Below, piece after piece: positions 38,123 to 48,304 of a stretch of DNA of 64,000 nt (positions within the stretch are counted from its first letter, which is position 1; each line of letters begins with the position of its first letter). The stretch is from Spirochaetia bacterium. Its GTDB lineage: Bacteria > Spirochaetota > Spirochaetia > SZUA-6 > Bin103. The position numbers and the translations under genes were made by a program. The notes beneath the pieces are model-generated. The model was not told the DNA's origin, did no database searches, and worked only from the letters and a program-made list of their open reading frames with translations. The stretch covers positions 6,144,001-6,208,000 of the forward strand of contig CBDBDQ010000005.1 in assembly GCA_965203905.1 (NCBI GenBank). The letters are read 5' to 3'.

Positions 38123-39748
38123 ATGAGCATCGCGGGCGTCGACGCCCCTTCCCCTACCCGCGCCCGTACGCTGCGTGAGCTGCTGCACCGGGGCGACACC
38201 TTCCTGCACCTGGTGGAGATGGTCACCTCGCGCGGCCTGCTCACCGACCGGGCGGGGAAACGGGTCCTGTCGCTGGCGCGCGAGCTGGTCCATCACCCGG
38301 AAATCCATGCCTTGTCCATCACCGACAACCCCGGCGGCCACGCCATGTTCGGCGCCGACGCCCTCGGCACCGACCTGATCTCGCGCGGCCAGGAGGTGGT
38401 GATCCATCTCTCCTGCAAGGACTGGAACCGCAACGCGCTGGAGAGCCGCGGCTGGCAGCTCGCCAGTCTCGGCTTCGACAACATACTCGCCCTGTCCGGC
38501 GACTACCCGGTGAGCGGCTACCAGGGCCAGGCCAGCCCCGTGTTCGACACCGACTCGGTCGGGCTGCTGCGCATGTTCTCGGACATGAACGCCGGCCTGC
38601 GCGCGGGCAAGCGCACCCTCACCGCGACGCGCTTCTTCCTCGGGGCGGTGGTCAACAACCACAAGCGCCACGAGCGCGAGGTGATGCCGCAGTACTTCAA
38701 GCTGGCCAAGAAGATCGCCAACGGCGCGCGCTTCATCATCAGCCAGATCGGCTGGGACGCCCGCAAGCAGGACGAGCTGCTGCGCTACCTGGCGCTGCAC
38801 GACCTGCAGGTCCCGGTGATCGCCAACGCCTACGTGCTGAGCCGCCCGGCGGCGCGCTTCTTCGCCAGCGGCAAGATCCCCGGGGTGGTGGTGCTGCCGG
38901 AGCTGCTGGAGCTGGCCGAGAAGCACGGGGCATCGCCGGACAAGGGCAAGGCGTTCTTCCTGGAGCTGGCCGCCAAACAGGTTGCGATCTCCCGCGGGCT
39001 GGGCTACCGCGGGGTCTACCTGGGCGGCCTGACGCGCTACCGGGACATCGACCGCGTGCTGCAGATCGCCGCCGGCTTCGGCGGCGACGACTGGCGCCAG
39101 TTCGCCGCCGAGGTGCACTTCCACTTCCCGGACGAGTTCTATTACTTCGAGCCGGGCGACCTGCCGGGGACCAGCAGCAGCGAGGTCAGTCGTGACTACC
39201 TCGCGTCGCGGCAGCCGGAAGCCCGGCGCGAGCTGCAGCGCGCGGTACCGCTGGGCTACAAGCTGAGCCGCCGCGTGCACGATGCCGTCTTCACGCCCGA
39301 CACTCCGGGATTCGCTGCCGGCCGCACGGTGGCGCGCGCCGTGGACAACGCGGGACCGCGCGCCCGCAAGCTGTTCCACGCCCTGGAGCATTCCTCCAAG
39401 TCGCTGGTGTATGATTGCCGCGATTGCGGCGACTGCTCGCTGCCCGACATCGCCTACCTGTGCCCCGAGTCGCAGTGCGTCAAGAACCAGCGCAACGGCC
39501 CGTGCGGCGGCACCCGGGAGGGCAAGTGCGAGGTGGGCGAAAAGGAGTGCATCTGGGCGCGCGCCTACGACCGGCTCAAGGCGTACGGCGAGGAGCAGGA
39601 GCTGCTCGACGGCCCCGCGATCATCAAGAACGGTGCCCTGCAGGGCACCAGCGCCTGGGTCAACACCTACCTGGAGCGCGACCACTTTGCGAGCGGCAGG
39701 CCCACCGAGCCGGGCCTGCCGCCGGCCAAGGACCAGACAACTCAATGA
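38123..39748 (+). CDS. metF: Methylenetetrahydrofolate reductase fused to a C-terminal MetV-like Cys-rich domain
   Basis: SITDNPGG, IHLSCKDWNR, LALSGD, KKIANGARFIISQ; C-terminal CRDCGDC...CP...C.KNQRNGPCGG...CE...C.W. Confidence 0.88.
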   Translation: MSIAGVDAPSPTRARTLRELLHRGDTFLHLVEMVTSRGLLTDRAGKRVLSLARELVHHPEIHALSITDNPGGHAMFGADALGTDLISRGQEVVIHLSCKDWNRNALESRGWQLASLGFDNILALSGDYPVSGYQGQASPVFDTDSVGLLRMFSDMNAGLRAGKRTLTATRFFLGAVVNNHKRHEREVMPQYFKLAKKIANGARFIISQIGWDARKQDELLRYLALHDLQVPVIANAYVLSRPAARFFASGKIPGVVVLPELLELAEKHGASPDKGKAFFLELAAKQVAISRGLGYRGVYLGGLTRYRDIDRVLQIAAGFGGDDWRQFAAEVHFHFPDEFYYFEPGDLPGTSSSEVSRDYLASRQPEARRELQRAVPLGYKLSRRVHDAVFTPDTPGFAAGRTVARAVDNAGPRARKLFHALEHSSKSLVYDCRDCGDCSLPDIAYLCPESQCVKNQRNGPCGGTREGKCEVGEKECIWARAYDRLKAYGEEQELLDGPAIIKNGALQGTSAWVNTYLERDHFASGRPTEPGLPPAKDQTTQ

Positions 39749-40782
39749 GCGACACCTTCAGAGTAATCGGCGAGAACATACACACCACGCGCGTGCTGCG
39801 CCGCAAGGGCAAACGGATCAGCGACCTGGGCGACGGTACCCAGGCGGTCAACTACCGCACCAGGTCCGGCGAATTGCGCTACCTGCCCATCCCCGAGGAG
39901 TTCAAGAAGACCCAGGACTACGAAGAGGGCCGCGTCAAGCACGTGCAGATCGCCGTGCGCGGCGCCATGGACGGCGGCGAGCGGGCCGCCGAGGGCCTGC
40001 GCTACCTGCACCGACTGGCGGAGCGGCAGGAGGATGCCGGCGCCCACTTCCTGGACCTCAACGTCGACGAGATCTCCCTGCACCTGGAGCAGCAGCAGGG
40101 GGCCATGCGCTGGCTGGTGAACGCCATGATGCGGGCCAGCCGGCTGCCGCTGTCGATCGACTCCTCCAACGTCGACATCATCCGCGCCGGCCTGGAAGCG
40201 TGGAACGACGGCCCCGCTCCGGGCGGCCGGGGCCTTCTCAACTCCGCCTCCCTGGAGCGCCTCGACGCCCTCGACCTGGCGCGCGAGCACGACGTGCAGG
40301 TGATCGTCACCGCGGCCGGCGAGTCCGGAATGCCGAACGACACCGACGAACGGGTGGCCAACGCGTCGCGAGTGGTGGATGCGGCGCTGGCCCGGGGAAT
40401 CCCGGCGGGTGACATCTACGTCGACCCGCTGGTGTTTCCCATCGCGGTGGACCAGACCTTCGGCAACCATTGTCTCGAGGCAATCCGTGCATTGCGCAAC
40501 CGGTATGGTGCGGAGATCCACATCACCGGCGGCTTCAGCAACGTCTCCTTCGGGATGCCGGCACGGCGCCTGATCAACGACGTGTTCCTGCGCCTGGCGA
40601 TCGACGCCGGCGCCGACAGCGGCATCCTCGACCCGGTCACCAGCCACATCGACGGCGTCCTCGGCCTGGACCGCACGACCCGACCCTACCGGCTGGCCGA
40701 AGATCTCCTGCTGGGCAACGACCAGTACTGCGCGACGTTCATCCGCGCCCACCGCAAGGGGGAACTGATCAGCAATGACTGA
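39745..40782 (+). CDS. Pterin-binding methyltetrahydrofolate:corrinoid methyltransferase-like protein (AcsE-like)
   Basis: IGENI, GAHFLDLN, LSIDSS, LNS, YVDPLV, GFSNVSFGMP, ILDP. Confidence 0.85.
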   Translation: MSDTFRVIGENIHTTRVLRRKGKRISDLGDGTQAVNYRTRSGELRYLPIPEEFKKTQDYEEGRVKHVQIAVRGAMDGGERAAEGLRYLHRLAERQEDAGAHFLDLNVDEISLHLEQQQGAMRWLVNAMMRASRLPLSIDSSNVDIIRAGLEAWNDGPAPGGRGLLNSASLERLDALDLAREHDVQVIVTAAGESGMPNDTDERVANASRVVDAALARGIPAGDIYVDPLVFPIAVDQTFGNHCLEAIRALRNRYGAEIHITGGFSNVSFGMPARRLINDVFLRLAIDAGADSGILDPVTSHIDGVLGLDRTTRPYRLAEDLLLGNDQYCATFIRAHRKGELISND

Positions 40783-41059
40783 GTACCAGGTGCTCGCCTG
40801 GCGCGGCATCCCGGCCCAGGTGCGGGTCTCCGCCGCGGGCAAACGCATCTCCGGCCAGCTTCCGCCCCGCTACCAGGAAGAGATCGACCGCGTCGCCATG
40901 GAGGAAGGGCTCTACGGATCGGACGACTACCTGGAGCAGTGGAAATGGGGCCCGCGCACGCAACGAGCCGGGGACCCGCAGCAGGTGCTCGACGCCGTGA
41001 TCGCCGAACTGGTCGCCGACTGGGACCGCCGGTTATTCGGCGAGCCCGGCCCCGATTGA
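40775..41059 (+). CDS. Virulence_fact (PF13769-like) small protein
   Basis: WRGIPAQV, LPPRYQEEIDRVAM, DDYLEQW; family usually found beside MetF/corrinoid genes. Confidence 0.85.
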   Translation: MTEYQVLAWRGIPAQVRVSAAGKRISGQLPPRYQEEIDRVAMEEGLYGSDDYLEQWKWGPRTQRAGDPQQVLDAVIAELVADWDRRLFGEPGPD

Positions 41060-43366
41060 ATCCAGCCGCTGCCGAATGGTAGCGGCTTCCTCGGCGGCGG
41101 CAGCGGCTCCCGCGGCGTCGCCGGCCTCCGTTCGCACGGTGGCAACGCTGCTGAGCCTGGCGGCGAGCTCACCCATCGTGTGCGGCGTCTCGCCCAACAC
41201 TTCCACCCAGCGCCGGAACAGCGAGAGAGACTCTTCCCACGCGGCCGCAGCCTGCTCGCGATCGGTGTCCCGCATTGCGCCGCCGAGGTCCGCAAGACTC
41301 GTCGCAAGGTCGGCCAGCGCCTCGGGCGTCTCCCCGAAGTCCGCAATCCGGCGGCGAAGCGCGACCGCCTCCTCATACGCCGCCACGCTTGCCGACAGAT
41401 TTCCGGCCTCCCGTTGGCCCATCCCGACACTCGCCAGGCTGACCGACAGGTCACGGAGCGTTGCCGGCGATGGACCCAACCCGTTCAGCAGTCGGCGAGC
41501 AAGAGTTGCGGACTCGTCGTATGCGTCCACGCTCCCTGCCGAGTCGCCGGTCTCGTGCCGGAGCCGCCCCACGCATTTCAGGCTGCTTGAGAGATCGCGC
41601 AGGGCCTGCGCTGTCTCGCCTTGCGAGATCAGGAGACGCCTGTGCAGCTTGAGCGCTTCCTCATGGGAAGCCAGGCTCGCCGCCAAGTCCCCCGCCACCT
41701 GCTGCACGAATCCGGCGTGGTCCAGAGAAACCGCGACCTCACGCAGGCTCTCCGGCGTCTCATCCATCGCCAGTGCTCGCTGGCGCAGGCCGAGAGCTTC
41801 CTGAAATGCCGCCGCGGCGCCCGTTACGTCGTGTCCTTCCAGGTGCGCGTTCCCCAGTCCAGTGAGGCTCGTGGAAAAGCCCCGCAACGTGCCGAGCGTC
41901 TCGCCGGTGGCTCCCATCAATCGACGATTGAGATCCACGGCCTCCTCGAATGCCGCCCGCGCCCGCGCGTGGTCTCCGCCTTCGAGCAGCCCGTTTCCGG
42001 CATTGTTGAGGAGGGCCGCCAACCGACGATCCCCCGCCGGGGACGGCTCCGTCTTTGCGAGCAGGCGACGACAGCAGGTAAGCGCCTCTTCGTGAGCCGC
42101 CCTGCTGCGGGCCAGATCGCCGCTACAGCGAGTCACCCTCCCCAGGCCGTCCAACGAGGCGACGAGGTCCGAAAGCGCCTGCGGAACCTCGCCGACCAGC
42201 TCCATCAGTCTGCGGCACAACGCGACGGCCTCTCCGTAGGCCGCTGCCGCACCCGCCAAGTCGCCGCGCGCGTGTCGCACCTCAGCCACACGCCACAGGC
42301 CTGCTTCCGTATCGCCCAGCGTCTGGGGCGTCTCGCCTTCTGTCTGCAGCAGCCGCCTGCGTATGGCAAGGGACTCCCCATAGGCGGCGTCACTGCCGTC
42401 CAGGTCACCGGTCTCCTGACGCAGGCTCCCGGCCAGCGCGAGGCTGGACGCCAGCTCGCGCTGCAATGGCGGAAGCGCATCGGCGTTGCCAGCCAACGAG
42501 CGCCGGAGCTGAATTGCTTCCCCTACGTGATCCAGTGCCGCGGCGATGTCACCGTCCGCACGCCGTGCCCTGCACAGCCACTCCAGTGCCTCCGCGGAGA
42601 GGCGGACCGACAGCGGTCGCAGCGTGGCTACGGCTTCTCGCGCCAGCTCGGTCGCCTGCCCGGCTTCGCCTTTGGCGAGCAATGCGTCGATTTGCCGAAA
42701 CTGCATCCTTCCCGGCGACGCCGGCTCATCAGCCGTCGCGCGCAGATCACGTGCCAGATCCGCCCCTTCGCCGTTACCGGCGGGCGACGCCACGAGTGGC
42801 GGCGGCAGCTCCATGACCACCGAACGAATCGACCACACGTCGGGCGCGGCAACGCGTGCCCGTGGTTTGATGGCAATGGGTGCGACCATCATCAGGCCAC
42901 CCTGGAGGTGGCGCCCCAAGGCGTCGCGCCGCTCGTTGAGCAGCAACAGGAGCTTGTCCCACGCCGCCGTCCACGGACCCGGCTGGTCTGCCAACCCTGA
43001 GGACCATGAAGACGGCGCATGGGGCAGGGCACGGTGGCCGCCATTTTCGGACCAGTCGGCACGAACCGCTTCGACCCAGACCAGTCCCTGCGCCGCCATC
43101 GCGGGCTCGAACAGCACCTGCAACAGTGAGCCCAACTCGTCCGGGGCAGTCGGCACCAACACCTGGACGGCACGGCTCCTGAACCTCAGGAGATGCTCGA
43201 TCCGTGTGCGAACCGTTGCGGCAACCTGCGGCGATTGGCAGAACAGAAAGCCGAGCCAGAATCCATTTGCCCACTCAATCTGCCGGCGAAGCCGCTGCCA
43301 CTGCGCCATGCCGACACTATCCAGCGCCGCAACTCGATCGTCGTTCTGCGCGGCAGGCGCTAGCAA
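41033..43366 (-). CDS. TPR-repeat protein with a probable degenerate P-loop N-terminal domain
   Basis: About nine ~48-aa repeats (ETP..L.D/EL..SL); N-terminal LNERRD...APDVWSIRS; GGAG SD before a TTG overlapping the upstream stop. Confidence 0.8.
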   Translation of the reverse strand: MLAPAAQNDDRVAALDSVGMAQWQRLRRQIEWANGFWLGFLFCQSPQVAATVRTRIEHLLRFRSRAVQVLVPTAPDELGSLLQVLFEPAMAAQGLVWVEAVRADWSENGGHRALPHAPSSWSSGLADQPGPWTAAWDKLLLLLNERRDALGRHLQGGLMMVAPIAIKPRARVAAPDVWSIRSVVMELPPPLVASPAGNGEGADLARDLRATADEPASPGRMQFRQIDALLAKGEAGQATELAREAVATLRPLSVRLSAEALEWLCRARRADGDIAAALDHVGEAIQLRRSLAGNADALPPLQRELASSLALAGSLRQETGDLDGSDAAYGESLAIRRRLLQTEGETPQTLGDTEAGLWRVAEVRHARGDLAGAAAAYGEAVALCRRLMELVGEVPQALSDLVASLDGLGRVTRCSGDLARSRAAHEEALTCCRRLLAKTEPSPAGDRRLAALLNNAGNGLLEGGDHARARAAFEEAVDLNRRLMGATGETLGTLRGFSTSLTGLGNAHLEGHDVTGAAAAFQEALGLRQRALAMDETPESLREVAVSLDHAGFVQQVAGDLAASLASHEEALKLHRRLLISQGETAQALRDLSSSLKCVGRLRHETGDSAGSVDAYDESATLARRLLNGLGPSPATLRDLSVSLASVGMGQREAGNLSASVAAYEEAVALRRRIADFGETPEALADLATSLADLGGAMRDTDREQAAAAWEESLSLFRRWVEVLGETPHTMGELAARLSSVATVRTEAGDAAGAAAAAEEAATIRQRLDSIGAGLAE

Positions 43367-44681
43367 GGACTACTCCGTTCTTGAATCAGCCTCACCTGTG
43401 CCTTGACCTGGTCCGCGATCAACGGATGAATATCATACCACTCGTCCCCGTTCCGATAACAAAGGGCAAGATGTGTGTCGAGGAACCGCGCCAGGACCGG
43501 CAAGCGGTCGGCACTTGACAATGAAATCTGATGAGTCGCGAAATCTCGGCCAACCACAAGGCCTCGTCATTGGCAACTGGAAGAAACTCCGTGCGTAGCT
43601 GGTCGATGGCCGCTTCGACCGTAGTGGCCGGCACCGGTAACCGCTGAGCTAGGGTCAACACGCCGCCCACGAGTCGCAGCAAGTCGCGCAAGTGCCCGCC
43701 GCTAGAGCAGATCAAGCGATCGAGCGCAGCCTGATCGGCCAACAGTCTGCGCCAGTCGCCGCGGGCCGCAACCACCCGTTCGATAGTCCGGTAGCTGCGT
43801 TCGATCCTGGTGCCAGCCTGGTCACGCAACTTGAATGCCGGCAACACCTTCACCCCGCCCGGTTCATACAGTGACCCAAGATTACCGTAGCTCACCTTGA
43901 GGTGTGGCGGGACAGTATAGATCACATGCCATCCAGGAAAGTGCAACTTATCGGCGTGGCTGACGAACAGGTGCTCGACCGAGCTTTGGACTTCCTGTGC
44001 ATTCACCGTAGTTCCACGAATATGTTCAATCGAGTCCAACAGCAAGACCAATTCGACGGGGGTGCTCTTGCGCCTCTCGATTGCCTCCGTGCACTTCTCG
44101 AAGTAGTCGTGCACCTCGTTCATCAGAGTGCCCAAGTGCCCGGCCATTCGTTGCTGCACGAGCTTCTTGAAATCGGGATCGGTCTTCAGGCTTGCCTTGA
44201 TCGACGCCGACACGCCGAGCGCGCCGGCCTTCACTTCCGAAATCTCTATCTTACCAGCGAACAGTCGTATCAGCCGGTCTCCCCAGCTCTGCTTCAGGCC
44301 GTCGTCCAAGAACCCCCGCCGACCGAGTTCCTCGTTCAGCGCTCCGCAGACAGCGAGCAGGAAGTCGGTCACGTCGAGCGGTGTCGACAGGTTCAGGTAC
44401 TGCTCCATATCGCACAACAGCACGATATAGTGGGTGGACTCCAGGCGGTGTTTCAGACGCCTGAGTTCTGTGCTCTTGCCAGTGCCGCGGAACCCCGACA
44501 GGAGCTGTACGCTTTCGCCGTGCGTCCACGAGATCGCCCGCGCCAACGCGTCCACCGGATCGAATCTGACCAGTTCAGGATCTTGATACAGTGGCACATA
44601 GCGCGGATCCTCGGGATCAAGAGGTGTTGCGCTCACCTGCCGAAAGAACTCACCGAGGAATGCGTATTCTTCACGTCTCAT
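43360..44681 (-). CDS. STAND/AAA-like ATP-binding protein, with a 1-nt frameshift near 43539
   Basis: GFRGTGKSTEL, LLLDSIEH, SGGHLRDLLRL; natural end YRNGDEWYDIHPLI lies in the adjacent frame. Confidence 0.85.
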
Positions 44682-44693
44682 ACGGGGTTCGGT

Positions 44694-45779
44694 TCAAGGA
44701 CGACTCAGAAATTCCACCAGCTTGGTCTTGCGTTTGGCGTGGGCCAGGTCGAGGGCGGTTCGGCCGCCGGCGTCGCGCTTCTCCAGGCTGACACCGCGTT
44801 CCACCAGCAGGCGCACCAGCGGGACGCCGGCACCCGAGTTCACCGCCACGTGAAGGGCGGTCTCGCCGTTCTTGCTCCGCACCTCGTCGGGATCACAGCC
44901 GTGGTCCAGGAACCAGGTGACGCCCTTGAGGCTGCGCATGTTGACCGCGCAGCCCAGCGGGTTGTAGCCGCCGTGGTGCTCGGTGCCGCGGGTGCCGTTC
45001 ATGTCGACGGCGCCGTGGCGCAGCAGCAGGTCCAGGACGCCGAACTGGCCGTCGCAGGCGAGGTGGTTGACGGTATCGTCGTCGCCGAGGCGGCCGCCGC
45101 GCTGCAGCAGCAGTTCCACGATTCCGACGTTGTCGGACCAGCAGGCGTAATCCAACGCGGAGGACGGCTCGGCGCCATGGTCGAGCAGCAGCTCAGCAGT
45201 GGCGACCCGCTCCTCCTCGGTGCCGGCCACGGAACGTGCGCAGTACTGCAGCGGGAGCCACGCCCCGTCGCGTGAGTCGGCGTCGGCCCGCACGGCAGCA
45301 CCATCGGCCCCGGCCAGGACCGCCGCCAGATCCCCGTGTCGCGCCAGCACGGCCGCGGTGTACAGGTCCGGCTCGCGCGGCGCGTGCTCCAGCAGCAGCG
45401 GCAGGAACTCGGTGCAGCCGAACGCCGCCACCGCCACGGCGCTGTGCAGGTTCCAGGTACCACGCAGCATCGGGTCGGCGCCACGTTCCAGCAGTAGCTG
45501 CACGGTGGCGGTATGCCCGGGCGTCTTGGGCATGGTCTTCTTGTGCTCCACGGCGCGATGCAGCGGCCGATAGCGATGCCCCGTCGGTGCCAGCACGTTG
45601 ACGTCCGCTCCCTCGTCGATGAGAAACGCCACCACCTCGGGCTGACCGCCGAAGCAGGCGTTCATCAGCACCGACCAGTGACGCGAGATTTCCGCGTCCT
45701 GCGTGACTGCCACGCGTACGCTGTCGAGATCGCCTGCGTGCGCCGCCGCCGCAGCCCGTTGCGCCAACTTTCTGTCCAT
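44694..45779 (-). CDS. Ankyrin repeat protein
   Basis: [42 protein letters not shown]; GGGAG SD. Confidence 0.92.
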   Translation of the reverse strand: MDRKLAQRAAAAAHAGDLDSVRVAVTQDAEISRHWSVLMNACFGGQPEVVAFLIDEGADVNVLAPTGHRYRPLHRAVEHKKTMPKTPGHTATVQLLLERGADPMLRGTWNLHSAVAVAAFGCTEFLPLLLEHAPREPDLYTAAVLARHGDLAAVLAGADGAAVRADADSRDGAWLPLQYCARSVAGTEEERVATAELLLDHGAEPSSALDYACWSDNVGIVELLLQRGGRLGDDDTVNHLACDGQFGVLDLLLRHGAVDMNGTRGTEHHGGYNPLGCAVNMRSLKGVTWFLDHGCDPDEVRSKNGETALHVAVNSGAGVPLVRLLVERGVSLEKRDAGGRTALDLAHAKRKTKLVEFLSRP

Positions 45780-45794
45780 TCGATTCTCCCACAA

Positions 45795-45870
45795 CGCGCG
45801 ATCCCGTGCGCCTCGTACCAGTGTAGCTCCACCGTCCGGACGCTGCCACTAGGGACGCATCGTACATTCG
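45795..45870 (-). pseudogene. 3' relic of a small HWYEAHG-motif gene (copy A)
   Basis: [18 protein letters not shown]; homologous to 48050-48260. Confidence 0.65.
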
Positions 45871-45908
45871 TTGCAGGCCGGCCAGCCGCTCGGTCCGTCG
45901 AGTTCAGG

Positions 45909-46073
45909 TTAGTGCAGCCCTGGACGCGGCCGGTGCCGGTGTCGACGTCGATGCGGCGGAAGGCGCGGTCGGAGGCGGTGCCCGGCAGCAGCTTGATGTC
46001 GCCGGCCACCGGCACTGCCAGCCCGGCGCCGCGGTAGAACAGCAGGTCGCGGATCGGGAGGGTCCAGCCGGTG
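45909..46073 (-). repeat. Diverged duplicate of the fhs 3' end
   Basis: Aligns by eye to 48305-48470 with 7 substitutions and a 1-nt deletion; includes the TAA stop. Confidence 0.95.
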
Positions 46074-46262
46074 CACGTCGGCTCCCGCGTCGATCAGGAA
46101 CGCGGCTACCTCGGCCCGGCCGGCGAAGCAGGCGTTCATCAGCACCGACCAGTGGCGGGCCACCTCGGCGTCTTTTTCACGGCGGCTCGCACACCGCCCA
46201 TTTCACCGGCATTCGCGGCCGTTTACAGGCTGGCGCATCACGCGGCCTACCAACTGCGTCAT
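46074..46262 (-). pseudogene. Degenerate 5' fragment of an ankyrin paralog
   Basis: [33 protein letters not shown] versus [33 protein letters not shown] in the intact gene. Confidence 0.85.
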
Positions 46263-46429
46263 GGCCCGTCTTGCGGGGTAACTGTTGGCAACCAGCAATA
46301 ATGGGACAGTGTGAGAGGCGAGAGATCATGGGTCGGCTGGAGGTCTCGAAAGCTCCCTGAGGGCGCTGTTGTGCCGTCTTCATCGTTCGATCGTCTGGGC
46401 TTTCATCTCTTTTCTGCGTCGTGGGCCCT

Positions 46430-47377
46430 TCATTGGCGCAAGCGCCTCAGCGCGCGCAGCGCGCGCAGCGTGATCCATCGGTTCGGTTCTCCGGGAGCAC
46501 CGGCGATCTCCTCGTAGAGGGTGTCCTTGTGCCGCACATCTAGGCGCCAGCGTCCGTCAGGAAGCTGATGGCTTTCAATTGTCTCGATGGCTTCTGCCAG
46601 GCGCGGATCGTCCTTGAAGCCCGCATTCACCGCATATTCAAGGCCCCGCAGGACATCGTAGTGCCACAACGGAGGAAAGGCGAGGCGCCTCCAACTTTCG
46701 TCGATGACACCACCCGTGGAGAGCCGTCGGAGGAGGTACCGCTCTAGCAGATACTCTTCGCCACGCTCGCGGGCTTCCGTGACGGCCGAGTCTTTCCCGA
46801 AGGACTGCTCGTGTGCGAGCAAGCCCTCCAAGACGCAGATAGTCGTATGGAATGAGGAGCGCACGGAGCCGCGGAGCGCCTCACAGTTCCACCCACCATC
46901 CTCGAGCTGCTCGCTGAGCAGAAGATCCGCTAAACGGACGCTCGGTTTCCCAAAGTAGGCGCCGAGCGCCACGACGCGCCCGTTGATGCAGGGCTCTTCC
47001 TCCCCCTCAAAGAACGGAGAGTCTCCGTGCCACGGGCCCCAGGTCACGCTCGAGTGCACTAGCTCGATCGCGTGTCGAGTGCGATCGCTTTCAGGATCCA
47101 CGCCGAGATCACGCAGGTAGAGGAGGGTGTACAGGTTCGTCCACCAGAACGGGTGCGCTTCTCCATCGCCCCACTGCCCGTCTGGGCGCTGCTCCTCGAG
47201 CAGCCGTCGACCCCATCCCTCATGTGCCACGCGGGCACGCTCGGCGGCGACGTTATCGGCGTCGACGTCGGCTATATCTTGGAGGACTTGCCAGCGGATG
47301 GAGGGGTCTGAGTCAAGAAGCCAATCCAGCACCGAGGGGGCGGGGGGCAACGCCGTAGTGATTGTGTCGCGCCCCAT
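46430..47377 (-). CDS. Prenyltransferase/squalene-cyclase-like repeat protein
   Basis: DWLLDSDPSIRWQV, Q.PDGQW, Q.EDGGWNC, YDVLRGL, GEPNRWITLRALR. Confidence 0.8.
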   Translation of the reverse strand: MGRDTITTALPPAPSVLDWLLDSDPSIRWQVLQDIADVDADNVAAERARVAHEGWGRRLLEEQRPDGQWGDGEAHPFWWTNLYTLLYLRDLGVDPESDRTRHAIELVHSSVTWGPWHGDSPFFEGEEEPCINGRVVALGAYFGKPSVRLADLLLSEQLEDGGWNCEALRGSVRSSFHTTICVLEGLLAHEQSFGKDSAVTEARERGEEYLLERYLLRRLSTGGVIDESWRRLAFPPLWHYDVLRGLEYAVNAGFKDDPRLAEAIETIESHQLPDGRWRLDVRHKDTLYEEIAGAPGEPNRWITLRALRALRRLRQ

Positions 47378-47571
47378 TAGTCGAATCTCTCCGTTGTACG
47401 CAATCCGCTTGGCATGGCCGCGATGTAGGCCTGCATGGGTGCGTCGCCGTCGGCCTTCGCGATCTGGTGGTTGCCGCCCGCTAGGAGCTTGACGCCACCG
47501 CCCGTCCGCTCGGTGGACCTCATGGGGGCCTTCGTCGATTTGTTGGTCGTCTTGCGAGGCATTGCGTTCAC
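47377..47571 (-). pseudogene. 5' fragment of a DUF1801-family gene
   Basis: KLLAGGNHQIAKADGDAPMQAYIAAMP followed by an abrupt end. Confidence 0.7.
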
Positions 47572-47597
47572 TCCAATCTGCGTATCGGCGGGAGACC

Positions 47598-47619
47598 TAA
47601 CTTTAATTTCAGAAGCTAG
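47598..47619. repeat. AT-rich junction motif, copy 2 (TAACTTTAATTTCAGAAGCTAG)
   Basis: Matches 10561-10584. Confidence 0.6.
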
Positions 47620-47990
47620 TCACACGGCCCTGAACCCCTTGCTCCTTGGAACTGAGTGCTGTGCATCATAGTCTACTGCCTCCCGCAGCAACGCCTCAAC
47701 ATCGGTTTCGTTAGTCCCGTCGCCTTCGCGGATGTCTATCACCCGAAGCTTGTTTCCGCAAAGCCGGAGTCGAAGACATTGTTCGGATCGGAGAGCTTCG
47801 CTCCATGAAGAAAGGAAAGCTTCACCTTATCTTTTGAAGGCGTTGACGTTGGCGTACATCCCCTCGTGCGACCAGACAGGAGGCCCCCTCAACTTCCAAT
47901 CTTCTACAACTTCGGGGTCGACCTCGTGGATGATCCTGCGGACGATTGGGGTGGTTCTGAAACCTGCGAGGCCTTCTCTGACGATCCGAT
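47620..47990 (-). pseudogene. DUF1801 (YdhG-like) gene, 5'-truncated, with two frameshifts
   Basis: RRIIHEVDPEVVEDWKLRGPPVWSHEG / KDKVKLSFLHGAKLSDP / GNKLRVIDIREGD...ALLREAVDY across shifted frames. Confidence 0.75.
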
Positions 47991-47999
47991 AGCGATGAG

Positions 48000-48035
48000 C
48001 GCAGCGGCAGCCCGCTGCGCCAGCTTCCTGTCCAT
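48000..48035 (-). pseudogene. First 12 codons of another ankyrin allele
   Basis: [12 protein letters not shown] identical in protein to the 45779 start, with GGAGG SD. Confidence 0.85.
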
Positions 48036-48049
48036 TCGTACCTCCGCCA

Positions 48050-48260
48050 GCTCGTACCTTGGTGCCGTGAGCTTCGTGCCAGCGTAATGCCACCGTACGG
48101 ACCCTGCCACCGGGGAGACGAATCAGCGCAGTCCCCTTCGGCACTGGCTGGCGCCCGCGTCATAACTCTCGCTCCCAGAAGGGCAGTACCCGCATGCCAA
48201 GGGCATTCGCGACGGTTCCGCCGCGGCGATCTCACCCCGAATCTCGAACCGTTCCGGCAC
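48050..48260 (-). pseudogene. Degenerate small HWYEAHG-motif gene (copy B)
   Basis: RFEIRGEI...KGTALIRLPGGRVRTVALRWHEAHG, frame-disrupted. Confidence 0.65.
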
Positions 48261-48304
48261 TCAATGGGCAGCGACGGGACCGCGCGCGCCGCGGGCAAGC
48301 TGCG

